Positions 19,606 to 28,944 of a stretch of 64,000 nt of DNA are shown piece by piece; positions within the stretch are counted from its first letter, which is position 1; the number at the start of each line of letters is the position of its first letter. The stretch comes from Limnochordia bacterium. Lineage in GTDB: Bacteria > Bacillota > Limnochordia > DTU080. The stretch spans positions 480,001 to 544,000 of the forward strand of contig JBMNJG010000007.1 in the NCBI GenBank assembly GCA_050951545.1, read 5' to 3'. A program made the position numbers and the translations under genes. The notes beneath the pieces were generated by a model. That model saw only the letters and a list, made by a program, of their open reading frames with translations, searched no databases and was not told where the DNA came from.

Positions 19606-20805
19606 TCAGTGACTCACCTTTTGCCATAGACGGGCCATGGCGAGCAAAGGGTTATGTCCTAGGTAGTCAGGGCATGGGGTGTTCTGACTGGTCTGGGGTT
19701 TGCGCTGCAGATCACGCGGGTTCCCGCCCTGTGGGTGGTAGAACTCCCAGATGGTTCCGGTTTTTTCAAACTGCACCACAGAGGCATCGAGCGCTGCTGC
19801 CAGGATCGCACCAGCCGCATCGGCTCTGCCATAGCGCATGCAGCCGAGGGCGGCCCAGTAGGTCATGCTGTTCCAGGTGGGACCACGCCACATACGCAAC
19901 TCAAAGCGGGGGTCACCTGTGGAAACGGAACTCACGGGATGGGCGGTGAAGAAGCGCTCGGTGTTGAGGAGATTCTCATCAATCACGCGTTGCGCTTGCT
20001 CGGGGGTGGCCGCACCCATGACCATGGGGAACATCCCCTCGAGGGCCATCCGCCGCATTTGCGGTTGACCGACAGCCCACATGTCGTGGAAGAACCCGGT
20101 CTCTTCATCAAACAGGCGGTTTTGTATAAGCTCTCGCAGTGCATCAGCCTTTTGCTGGTGTGGATGAGCATCGCGGCCTAGAATCTCAGCCCAGCGAGCG
20201 GCTGTGGCGTAGGCCTGGTATAGGTGCGATGTGGCATCGACACACGTGTAGGGGCCAGCAGGAGCATCGTCGAAGCGCACGCCTTCATCAACACCGCTCT
20301 CCCAGCTGCGGTGCGTGATATCCAGGTAGAAGAAACCGCCTTCCTCGGCTCGTCGATTGGTCTCGAACCAGTTGAGTTGGCGAAGCAACGGCTCGTAGCA
20401 CTGACCGATCAGCTTGTTACAGCCCGTGAGGGAGCAGTAGGCGTCGACAGCGACTGGCCAGACAAGGGGGTGCCCCACTGTCTTGCTCCAGCGCGGTTCG
20501 GGGCCTCGCAGCCAAATAGAGCCAGGCACCAAACCGTCAGGCTCTTGGTTGGCCAGGTTATTGAGGATCTGATTTCTGGCATGCTCAGGCTCTGAGGGAA
20601 GCGTGTCAAATACTTGGTGGATGATATCCCAGTGGCCAAATGCCGGGGAGGCCTGATAGCCTGGCCCAATCTCCTCCCATGGGTATGCGAAGGGAGGGCG
20701 AGGTGGGTGTGTACTACGCTCGTGCAGCTCTGCTACGTATTGGAGCATCGGCTGCCATGCTTGTTTGCCCAAGCGGGCTGCTTCGGCCTTCAGTGCCTCT
20801 AGCAA
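19606..20805 (-). CDS. GH63/MGH1-like (trehalase-like) (alpha/alpha)6 glycoside hydrolase
   Basis: WESGVDEGVRFD, MWRGPTW and IWEFYHP motifs. Confidence 0.8.
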   Translation of the reverse strand: MLEALKAEAARLGKQAWQPMLQYVAELHERSTHPPRPPFAYPWEEIGPGYQASPAFGHWDIIHQVFDTLPSEPEHARNQILNNLANQEPDGLVPGSIWLRGPEPRWSKTVGHPLVWPVAVDAYCSLTGCNKLIGQCYEPLLRQLNWFETNRRAEEGGFFYLDITHRSWESGVDEGVRFDDAPAGPYTCVDATSHLYQAYATAARWAEILGRDAHPHQQKADALRELIQNRLFDEETGFFHDMWAVGQPQMRRMALEGMFPMVMGAATPEQAQRVIDENLLNTERFFTAHPVSSVSTGDPRFELRMWRGPTWNSMTYWAALGCMRYGRADAAGAILAAALDASVVQFEKTGTIWEFYHPQGGNPRDLQRKPQTSQNTPCPDYLGHNPLLAMARLWQKVSH

Positions 20806-20842
20806 GGGAAGCTCTTCCTTTCTAGATCGGTCTGGGTGTCGA

Positions 20843-21643
20843 CTAGGATGCCGATTCCAGCAGTGTGATCAGCTCAACCATGCCAGCCACGATCTCTTTG
20901 GCTATTTTTCCGCCCAACTCCGCAGAAGCCTGCGACGGATCACCCAAGACACCGATCTTGATTCCCTCATTTTGTTTGATGCGGGGCATGACCATGGGAT
21001 GATCTACAGGCCGCTCCACTGTCTGGTAGGCATCCTGATCTGCTCGGAGCATGGCCATTATCTCTTCGCGGTCAGTGACTCGCTCTTCGCGGACTAGCTC
21101 TGGATGCCAGTACAGCATGCGTGAGGTTTCCGATTTCCCGGCGTGGAAGTCTTTTTGCTCGAAGCATTCCCTGGCGGCAGGTGAGAGGCTGCTTAACGAG
21201 ACCAAGGCCACCTTGGCGTTCGCCAGCGAGGGGTTCATGCGCAAGGTGATATCGAGGCCATCTCGAATTCCCCGCACATTCTCAGAGCCCCCGTGGCCCA
21301 GGGCCACGATGATGTTGACGAATCCTTGCTGGGCCAGTGAGCAGCAGATATCGTTGATTACTGCAGAGACAGTCTGTGGGGCGATATTGATCGTCCCGGG
21401 CAGGCTGCCCCCGGAGTAGCTATAGGGCATGGCAGGCGCCACAAAGCAACCCGTGGCGGCCGAGACTCGTTTGGCAATCTCATAGGCGTTGTGGATATCC
21501 GTACTGAGGGGAAGATGCCACCCGTGCTGCTCCACACAGCCCACTGGCAGGATGACAGTCTGTGTGACGCGTAAGCCTTCCTCAACGTCCTTGATCGTCA
21601 TGAGTTCCATGAGTCGTGTTTGCTTTCCTGATCCTACGTTCAT
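20843..21643 (-). CDS. Creatininase family amidohydrolase
   Basis: LPVGCVEQHGWHLPLSTD, GHGGSEN, HAGKSETS and GVLGDPSQASAELG. Confidence 0.9.
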   Translation of the reverse strand: MNVGSGKQTRLMELMTIKDVEEGLRVTQTVILPVGCVEQHGWHLPLSTDIHNAYEIAKRVSAATGCFVAPAMPYSYSGGSLPGTINIAPQTVSAVINDICCSLAQQGFVNIIVALGHGGSENVRGIRDGLDITLRMNPSLANAKVALVSLSSLSPAARECFEQKDFHAGKSETSRMLYWHPELVREERVTDREEIMAMLRADQDAYQTVERPVDHPMVMPRIKQNEGIKIGVLGDPSQASAELGGKIAKEIVAGMVELITLLESAS

Positions 21644-21684
21644 GCGCCGCGCCTCTCCTTCTTAGAGCCTTCTGGGCTGCATCA

Positions 21685-21715
21685 GCTCCTGCGGGCCCTT
21701 GGGACCCGCAGGAGC
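21685..21715 (-). terminator. Stem-loop after GH20 copy A
   Basis: GCTCCTGCGGG...CCCGCAGGAGC 11-bp perfect stem. Confidence 0.55.
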
Positions 21716-21722
21716 CATCACA

Positions 21723-23627
21723 CTAGCCACGGGCAGCGATTGGACTGCCTGATACGATGCGAGGGTAGTAGTTTGTGTAGCGGACGACGCCCGGCTTGCC
21801 GTTATAGTAGAGTCGCTCGGCTTCCAGCTCCTCAATCTCCGGGAGATCTCCGCCTAGGTAGCGCTCTATTTGGTCAACGGCACTATTAATACGTGCCTCG
21901 ATAGAGGCATAGCGCATATCCATGATATCCCAGCCGAAGGCTTTGTAGGTGTCTAGCCATACCCTTCTGTGGCATTCGTGCAGCTTCTTCATCTGTTTTG
22001 CCAGCGCGGGGAGCTCGTCACTGGCCAGCTCCTCCAATCGCTGGCGATCGCCAGCGCGGTAGGCCTCGGTCACTTTCAGCCCCATCTCGGACTTTAGGGC
22101 CAGCACCTCTGCCACTTGGTGGAGGAATTCAAAGAGAGAGTTGTAGGCCCCATTACGCTTTACGGCCAGACTTAGGGTGTTGGCCAGTTTGGCGTAGTGT
22201 GCCGCGACCGGATGCCCCTCAATGTTCTTGTCGAACAAGCCAGCGAGGATATCCTGCCACATCAGATACTTGCTGGGGTTGGCTGTGTTTAGGTTGTCAG
22301 ACTCGGTGCCGGGTATTTCATCGAGGTACTTCAGATTGATGAAATCGTCGTAGCGGGCACCTGTGCAGAACTCAAAACGCCGCTTAAGTCGCTCCATGTC
22401 GAGCTCGCGAGCGTAGCCGTGCTCGGCAAAGAGTTGCAGACCTAGCAGGGTGGTGTAGATGCTACATTCCGTGCCGTTATCGCCCCATACGGTGGCAAAG
22501 ACCTCTTTGACTCCTTCGTGTTTGCAGGCATTGAGGGCGGCGTTCGTGGTGACGAAGGTCTTGCTCCAGTTGACGGTGTAGCTGATCCAATTCCAGATAC
22601 CCCCAGCGAAGATGGGCTCAGTGCCAAACTCGCGGTGGCGCTTAATGAACTCTCGGTAGAACTTCTCGTCGTGGTGGTAGTAATCCCAGTAGACCAGTTC
22701 TACCCCCTTGGGCATCGAGGCGAGCATCTCGGGAGTGAATTCGACGGCTAGATCATAGTAGCCGCCTGACTTGGAGGCGGCGCGAAAAAACATGTCGCTC
22801 CACATCATCGGTTGCAGTCCGTGCTTTTCCACAATCTCGAGTACCCGTGTGAGGTGCTCGGTCATGATATCAAACTTATTACGCAGCCCGTGGCGCCTAA
22901 AGTAGGCACCCATGCCTAGGCGCCATGCTTCGTCCATCCCGATATGGATGCGTTTGGTACGGAAAGGCGCAGCCGCTGCCTTGATCATGTTCTCAATGAA
23001 CTCGTATGTCCGATCGCTACCCACCAGCAAGGTGGTGTCGTCCTCTTTGATGTCGGCGTATACGGGCCATTTGAGCACATCGGGCAGATGGGCGAGTGTC
23101 TGCATGCAAGGGATCATCTCAATACCGAGAATCGCCGCGTACTCGTCACACTCTCGCAGATCGTCGTGGGTAAATTTCGGCCGCATATAGCCAAAGTACG
23201 GCTCTTCGGGGACTACATAGCTGTCTTCGGTGTACATCATGAGCATGTTGAGGCCCATGATGGCCATGCGCCGGAGAATGTTTTTCACCGTCTCTACTCG
23301 GGGTACCGCATTGCCCTGCGAGACGTCGTACATAACTCCGTTCATGGTGAACTGAGGCTCTTCACTGAGGGAAAAGTCTCCAGATCCTACCGCTAGTTGC
23401 TCCAATAGAAGTCCTAGCGCCCGGAAGAAATGGATTTTCTCTGAGTAGCGGATAGTCGCTTGGTTGCCTTTCTTCTCTACCGTAACCGGGCAGCCAGGTT
23501 GCTGCTCGACTGTGACCGTGAGGCCGTCTGCAGACAGCTGGTAGCGAAAGTCGGGGGCCAGCAACTGCAGGCCTTCCATACAGTCTTGGACATCGCCTTG
23601 AAAGTGGAGACGGTGCTCTTGCGCCAT
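21723..23627 (-). CDS. GH20 beta-N-acetylhexosaminidase, tandem copy A (634 aa)
   Basis: MYTEDSY, PYFGYMR, QTLAH, HIGMDEAW and WGDNGTE; start set by SD GGAGG and by identical length to copy B. Confidence 0.9.
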   Translation of the reverse strand: MAQEHRLHFQGDVQDCMEGLQLLAPDFRYQLSADGLTVTVEQQPGCPVTVEKKGNQATIRYSEKIHFFRALGLLLEQLAVGSGDFSLSEEPQFTMNGVMYDVSQGNAVPRVETVKNILRRMAIMGLNMLMMYTEDSYVVPEEPYFGYMRPKFTHDDLRECDEYAAILGIEMIPCMQTLAHLPDVLKWPVYADIKEDDTTLLVGSDRTYEFIENMIKAAAAPFRTKRIHIGMDEAWRLGMGAYFRRHGLRNKFDIMTEHLTRVLEIVEKHGLQPMMWSDMFFRAASKSGGYYDLAVEFTPEMLASMPKGVELVYWDYYHHDEKFYREFIKRHREFGTEPIFAGGIWNWISYTVNWSKTFVTTNAALNACKHEGVKEVFATVWGDNGTECSIYTTLLGLQLFAEHGYARELDMERLKRRFEFCTGARYDDFINLKYLDEIPGTESDNLNTANPSKYLMWQDILAGLFDKNIEGHPVAAHYAKLANTLSLAVKRNGAYNSLFEFLHQVAEVLALKSEMGLKVTEAYRAGDRQRLEELASDELPALAKQMKKLHECHRRVWLDTYKAFGWDIMDMRYASIEARINSAVDQIERYLGGDLPEIEELEAERLYYNGKPGVVRYTNYYPRIVSGSPIAARG

Positions 23628-23723
23628 TTCAGGTAACCTCCGTTTGTGTGTGTGGTGATGCAAATGCCGGGGACGCTTGGAAGAAGAGCGCTCGGCAGTT
23701 CCGTGTACCTAGATAAGCTCACA

Positions 23724-25628
23724 TTAGCTACGGGGACCGATTGGACTGGCTGACACGATGCGCTGGTAGACCTTTGTGTAGCGGACGATGCCGGGTCTGT
23801 TGTTGTAGTAGAGTCGCTCGGCTTCCAGCTCCTGGATCTGCGCCAAGCGCCCGTCAAGGTAACGCTTAACCTGATCGATAGCGCTTTGGATGCGCGTCTC
23901 GATAGAGCCGTAGCGCATATCAATGATCTCCCAACCGAAAGCCTGGTACGTGTCTAGCCATAGCTCCCTGTGGCATTCGTGTAGCTTCTTCATCTCTTTT
24001 GCCAGTGCAGGGAGTTCGTCACTGGCCAGCTGCCCCAGTCGCTGGCGATCACCAGTACGGTAGGCCTCGGTTAGCTTCAGCCCCATCTCAGACTTCAGGG
24101 CTAGTACCTGTGCTACCTGGGAGAGAAATTCAAAGAGGAAGTTGAAGGAGCCATTACGCTTTACCGCCGGACTTAGGGTGTTGGCGAGTTTGGCGTAATG
24201 TGCGGCAACCGGGTATTCCTCGATGTTCTTATCGAATAGGCCTGCGAGAATGTCTTGCCACATGAGGTACTTGCTAGGATTTGCCGTGTTTAGGTTTTCG
24301 GGCTCGGTACCGGGTATTTCATCGAGGTATTTCAGATTGATGAAGTCGTCGTAGTTGGCACCGGTGCAGAACTCAAAACGTTGCTTTAGCCGCTCTTCAT
24401 CGAGTTCGCGGGCGTAGCCGTGTTCGGCAAAGAGCTGCAAGCCCAGCAAAGTGGTGTAAATGTTGCATTCGGTGCCTTGATCGCCCCATACAGTGGCGAA
24501 GACCTCTTTGACACCCTCGGCTTTGCAGGCATTGAGTGCGGCGTTCGTGGTAACAAAGGTTTTGCTCCAGTTTATGGTGTAGCTGATCCAGTTCCAGATG
24601 CCGCCAGCGAAGATCGGTTCGCTGCCAAACTCGCGGTGGCGTTTGATAAATTCCCGGTAAAATTCCTCATCGTTGTGGTAATAATCCCAGGCGATGAGTT
24701 CGACGCCCTTGGGGACCGCGGCCAGCATCTCAGGGGTAAACTTGATATCTAGATCGTAGTAGGCGCCCGATTCGGAGACGGCGCGGAAGAACATGTCGCC
24801 CCACATCATCGGCTGTAGCCCGTGCCTTTCTACAATTTCGAGTACTCGTGTGAGGTGCTCCGTCATGATATCAAACTTGTTGCGTAGCCCATGCTTCTTG
24901 AAGTAGTTACCCATGCCCAGGCGCCATGCCTCGTCCATTCCGATATGGATGCGTTTGGTGCGAAACGGTGCTGCGGCGGCCTTGATCATGTGTTCGATGA
25001 ACTCGTATGTCCGGTCGCTACCCACCAGCAAGGTGGTCTCGTCCTCTTTGATATCAGCATATACGGGCCACTTGAGCACATCGGGCAGATGGGCGAGTGT
25101 CTGCATGCAAGGGATCATCTCAATACCGAGGATCGCCGCGTACTCGTCACACTCTCGCAGATCGTCGTGGGTGAATCTCGGCCGCATATAGCCAAAGAAC
25201 GGCTCTTCGGGGACTACATAGCTGTCTTCGGTATACATCATGAGCATGTTGAGGCCCATGATGGCCATGCGCCGGAGGATGTTCTTCACCGTCTCTACTC
25301 GGGGTACCGCATTGCCCTGCGAGACGTCGTACATGACTCCGTTCATGGTGAACTGGGGCTTTTCACTAAGGGAGAAGTCTCCAGATTTTGCGGCGAGTTG
25401 CTCTAAGAGAAGTCCTAGGGCTCGGAAGAAATGGATCTTCTCTGAGTAGCGGATGGTCGCTTGGTTGCCTTTCTTCTCTACAGTAACAGGGCAACCAGGT
25501 TGCTGCTCGACCATGACTGCGATGCCGTCTGCAGACAGCTCGTAGTGAAAGTCGGAGGCTAGCAACCGCAGGCCTTCCATGCAGTCTTGGACATCGCCTT
25601 GAAAGTGGAGACGGTGTTTTTGCGCCAT
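23724..25628 (-). CDS. GH20 beta-N-acetylhexosaminidase, tandem copy B (634 aa)
   Basis: Same motifs; colinear with copy A at a 2001-bp offset. Confidence 0.9.
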   Translation of the reverse strand: MAQKHRLHFQGDVQDCMEGLRLLASDFHYELSADGIAVMVEQQPGCPVTVEKKGNQATIRYSEKIHFFRALGLLLEQLAAKSGDFSLSEKPQFTMNGVMYDVSQGNAVPRVETVKNILRRMAIMGLNMLMMYTEDSYVVPEEPFFGYMRPRFTHDDLRECDEYAAILGIEMIPCMQTLAHLPDVLKWPVYADIKEDETTLLVGSDRTYEFIEHMIKAAAAPFRTKRIHIGMDEAWRLGMGNYFKKHGLRNKFDIMTEHLTRVLEIVERHGLQPMMWGDMFFRAVSESGAYYDLDIKFTPEMLAAVPKGVELIAWDYYHNDEEFYREFIKRHREFGSEPIFAGGIWNWISYTINWSKTFVTTNAALNACKAEGVKEVFATVWGDQGTECNIYTTLLGLQLFAEHGYARELDEERLKQRFEFCTGANYDDFINLKYLDEIPGTEPENLNTANPSKYLMWQDILAGLFDKNIEEYPVAAHYAKLANTLSPAVKRNGSFNFLFEFLSQVAQVLALKSEMGLKLTEAYRTGDRQRLGQLASDELPALAKEMKKLHECHRELWLDTYQAFGWEIIDMRYGSIETRIQSAIDQVKRYLDGRLAQIQELEAERLYYNNRPGIVRYTKVYQRIVSASPIGPRS

Positions 25629-25831
25629 TCCAGGTGACCTCCGTTTGTGTGGTGGTGATGCAAATGCCGGAGACGCTTGGCAGAAAAGCGGTCGGCGACC
25701 TCTCGTATCTCAAAACCATGTTCCACAAGAGGTCGCTATCCCCTTGGCCAGCTACGGTTTTTCGCGGGCGGTAGATACTGGGGCAGAGGCCACGGATGAT
25801 GCGTACCAATCTGCCCCAGCACTCATGCACT

Positions 25832-28627
25832 CTATAGCAGTGCGAGGATATCCTCCGGAAGCTCACCGACGACAATCGGTGCACTGCGAGTGGAAAACGC
25901 TTGCCTACCGCCATCCTCAGTGCAGTAGCTGCCCTTGATCAGAAGTCGGTAAAGGCCTGAGGAGGGTGGTGTAAGGGTGAGCGTCATGGTTTCATCTGCA
26001 GGAACACTGCCAATTTCCTGGATCACCGCTCCATGAGCATTCTCAAGGATCAAAGTGGCCTGGATACCGGCAAACTCACGATCACTTCTGTCAGGTGCTC
26101 GGCGCACGGAGACCTCTAGTGGGGATCCGATCGCCGCGTGTCTTCCGTAGGTGGCCTCGCGAGTGAGCGGCCCTAAGTCGAAGCTATAGCGCGGACCAGC
26201 CTCCGGGATGAGCGCAGGCGTTTGCAGCTGAGCTTCACCGAGCGCGGGCACGATGTCCGAGGCGATCCTGGCACTGTAGTCGAAGATGGTGAACCCGTCG
26301 GCTCCTAGGTGCCTGGTCAGCACCACCTGTCCGGCGACGCGGTCTGCGGAGAGGGTGGAGCCCGAAGACACAGCACCGATGCCAGGATACAGAGGTACTA
26401 GCCCATCCACGAGATGCAGCTGCTGGGTGACACGAGCCGCGAAGGAGGCGTCGGATTCGGTGTAGTCCATCGGGCAGAGGAAATCTACCCAGCCCTGCTC
26501 AGCCCAGTACACCCAGTCTTGTCCGTTGCTTACTCGACAGGCCGGATAGTTGCTGAAGACCGCCGCGGAGATCCGACAGTCAGGCTTGACACTGCGCACC
26601 GCCTCGGAAGTGCGCTGTACCAGGCGGTCGATTTGATCGCAGCGCCACTGCACCCAGGCTTGCTCCACGTGGGGAGAGCGGACGCCAGCGGGCCAATTGG
26701 TTACGGTGATACCAGTGTCGCGCTGGAAGCGTTCCCGGCAGCCGTCACAGAAACACGAGTCGGCATCTGAGTAGCGGATGTAATCGAAATGGATGCCATC
26801 TACCTCGTAATCGGTCACGACTTCCAGTAAGCTGTCTAGCTCGAGCTGCAGATTGCGCGGATCAGAGGGGCAGAGCCAATCCAGCTCTTTGCCGTTGAAG
26901 TGTCGGGCCAGCCGGCCCTCGCTGCGCATGCGCTGCAGGAAATGGGCGGGAGTGTTTCCGAGTTTCCAGTTCACTTTCCACACATGCACCTCAAGGCCGT
27001 GACGCTTGGCGGCCTCCACGCATTCGGCGATCTGATCGCCACGTTCTGCCACCACGGGGTGGTGAGGCAGATGCTTACTATCGTAGAGGGCTAGGCCGCC
27101 CCAAAGCATGTTTGGCAGAACGGCGTTGAAGCCGTGCTCTTTGAGGCTGCCAATTGATTCCTCCCATGTCGCGAAGGCGCCTGTCCCGCTGTGGTTCCAG
27201 CAACCTCGGAACTCCACGTCGCGTGCTGGCTGAGCCAACAAGTAGGCGTGTGTCCGCTGGTCCCAGGCTGTGGTGGCCAGATCAGCCGCCTCCAGGTAGC
27301 GATGTGTCTCATAGTCCTGTTCCGCGGCGGCCAGCTTCTGCTCCGCAGCAGCAAGCAGGTCTTCAGCGGCATCGCCATGTGCACTAGAGGGGGCCTGGCG
27401 CTTCACCCACTCCGGCACCGATGTAGAGCCCTCCACGAGGTGGCCAATCTGGCTGGGACCCTGAATCGCCTTCTCAGCAACCGCAGGCCATATTTCAGGG
27501 AGGTAGTGCCCTAGTAGGGCGACGAGCATGCGCTGTTTGCCTGAGGGGTTGTCGCCCAGGACGATGTGGCTCATGAAGACACCGTTCTCTGAGATAGTCA
27601 TCGCCGGAGCCCCAGCATCTCGCCCCTGATCGTCATGCCATGAGCCGATGACCCGGGCCCGGTCGCCAATGGGTGTCACCACAGTGATGTTCCATGAAGC
27701 TTGTGCAACCTGTGTGGGCATACCTGTGATGTCGGGAGCGTTGAAGCGAATCTCACTGTATTGGCGGGGGTAATCCTGGCGCTTCCAGCCCGTCTTGCGG
27801 AGCCCCAGCAGGTCATCGAGGCCTATCGGGAGCGAATAGAAGACCAGTATCTTGCCTCCACCTCTGACGAAGCGTACCACTTCGAGGGTCTCGTCGAGCG
27901 TCATCGTGGGGTTATAGGGAAAGATGGCCAGTTTCATGTCTTGTAGGGCGCCCCGGGCGACATCAGCACCAGTGATCGTGCTGGTGAGAATCCCGGCCTC
28001 TCTCAGTAGCGTGGATACGGTGTCTGCGGCCTGCTGAATGCCAGTCTGGTCGTCACCGCTACCTAGGACCACGCAGATCGTTTCCCGGTGAGCGACGAGG
28101 TTGTCGACCAAGCAAGTCCCAGTGAAGTCGCCGCCGCGCCACGCTGAGATGCGTATGCCATCGATTTTGTGCCAACCTGCTGGCTGCCCTTCTGTGCGAA
28201 AGGCCGAGCGGGGAAGGTGCACAGTACCCCAACGCTTGCTAGGAAGCGTGCCAGTTGCCGCATACCAGCCACCTCCTGAGCGGAAGTACAGGGTGAAGGT
28301 GGAAAAGACGCGAGGTTCGTCTACGCGCAACTCAAGCGTAAAGCGCCCCCACCGACTGAGATCGAGACTCACATCGCGGTCGTAGACGACGCGGCGTAGG
28401 TCGCCCGTGAAGTCAGCGTTCATCTGAAGCGCCTGACCGTCTTCGTGTGCAACAAGCGAGACGGGTGGGGAGTTCTGGGCAGGCCGCCACGTCTCTCGAG
28501 CCTGCGTCGCATCGGGGTAGTCGAAGTCGTCGATAAGCATGCTCTCTGAGGCATACGTCAGCCCCGGTATCAGCACTAGAGCAAGGAGAAACAGAGCGGT
28601 GATGCAGTGCTTCATTGGCAAAGGCAC
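25832..28627 (-). CDS. Secreted multidomain GHL10/DUF187-like glycoside hydrolase with N-terminal carbohydrate-binding-like and GATase-like domains
   Basis: Signal peptide; GFNAVLPN, GLEVHVW, WLCPSDP, VDGIHFDYIRY and QDW..W..QGWVDFLCPMDY. Confidence 0.75.
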   Translation of the reverse strand: MPLPMKHCITALFLLALVLIPGLTYASESMLIDDFDYPDATQARETWRPAQNSPPVSLVAHEDGQALQMNADFTGDLRRVVYDRDVSLDLSRWGRFTLELRVDEPRVFSTFTLYFRSGGGWYAATGTLPSKRWGTVHLPRSAFRTEGQPAGWHKIDGIRISAWRGGDFTGTCLVDNLVAHRETICVVLGSGDDQTGIQQAADTVSTLLREAGILTSTITGADVARGALQDMKLAIFPYNPTMTLDETLEVVRFVRGGGKILVFYSLPIGLDDLLGLRKTGWKRQDYPRQYSEIRFNAPDITGMPTQVAQASWNITVVTPIGDRARVIGSWHDDQGRDAGAPAMTISENGVFMSHIVLGDNPSGKQRMLVALLGHYLPEIWPAVAEKAIQGPSQIGHLVEGSTSVPEWVKRQAPSSAHGDAAEDLLAAAEQKLAAAEQDYETHRYLEAADLATTAWDQRTHAYLLAQPARDVEFRGCWNHSGTGAFATWEESIGSLKEHGFNAVLPNMLWGGLALYDSKHLPHHPVVAERGDQIAECVEAAKRHGLEVHVWKVNWKLGNTPAHFLQRMRSEGRLARHFNGKELDWLCPSDPRNLQLELDSLLEVVTDYEVDGIHFDYIRYSDADSCFCDGCRERFQRDTGITVTNWPAGVRSPHVEQAWVQWRCDQIDRLVQRTSEAVRSVKPDCRISAAVFSNYPACRVSNGQDWVYWAEQGWVDFLCPMDYTESDASFAARVTQQLHLVDGLVPLYPGIGAVSSGSTLSADRVAGQVVLTRHLGADGFTIFDYSARIASDIVPALGEAQLQTPALIPEAGPRYSFDLGPLTREATYGRHAAIGSPLEVSVRRAPDRSDREFAGIQATLILENAHGAVIQEIGSVPADETMTLTLTPPSSGLYRLLIKGSYCTEDGGRQAFSTRSAPIVVGELPEDILALL

Positions 28628-28944
28628 CCCTTTTCAGAAACTCGTGGTAATACTACGCTTTCAGCAGTGGTTGTTCCTCGTGCGAGTCTCGCGGATAGCA
28701 GGAGGGAGATCAACAAACGCTTCGAATGGGGAACGTGAATGTATCGTATTGCCCAGACACCCGAATCACTGTCTACAGAAAGTACGACATTACCAGCGGT
28801 GACGACTGGCCCGCACATCATTGGTCAGGGCTGGGGGGCCGGAGCTGTATGAAGCTGTGGTTGCTCAGTTCAGAAAGAGCCACCCTGTAGAGGAGTCTTC
28901 GGTACAGAGTACACCCGGGCTATCTGAGCGACGTCGACTGAGGG

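Larger units (their letters stand above)
21723..25697. repeat. Direct tandem duplication of about 2.0 kb (gene plus about 70-nt leader)
   Basis: e.g. 22912-23190 versus 24913-25191 nearly identical; leaders share ACCTCCGTTTGTGT..GTGGTGATGCAAATGCCGG.GACGCTTGG. Confidence 0.9.

Noticed and set aside
21685-21715. Hairpin containing CCCTTGGG as a third copy of the flgE/flgG motif
   Set aside because: Lacks the GGCTGGAC internal loop and the second hairpin; a simple stem after a stop codon.
23628-23663. His-rich N-terminal extension MHHHTHKRR of GH20 copy A
   Set aside because: SD position and the exact length match with copy B put the start at 23627; the extension is leader sequence.
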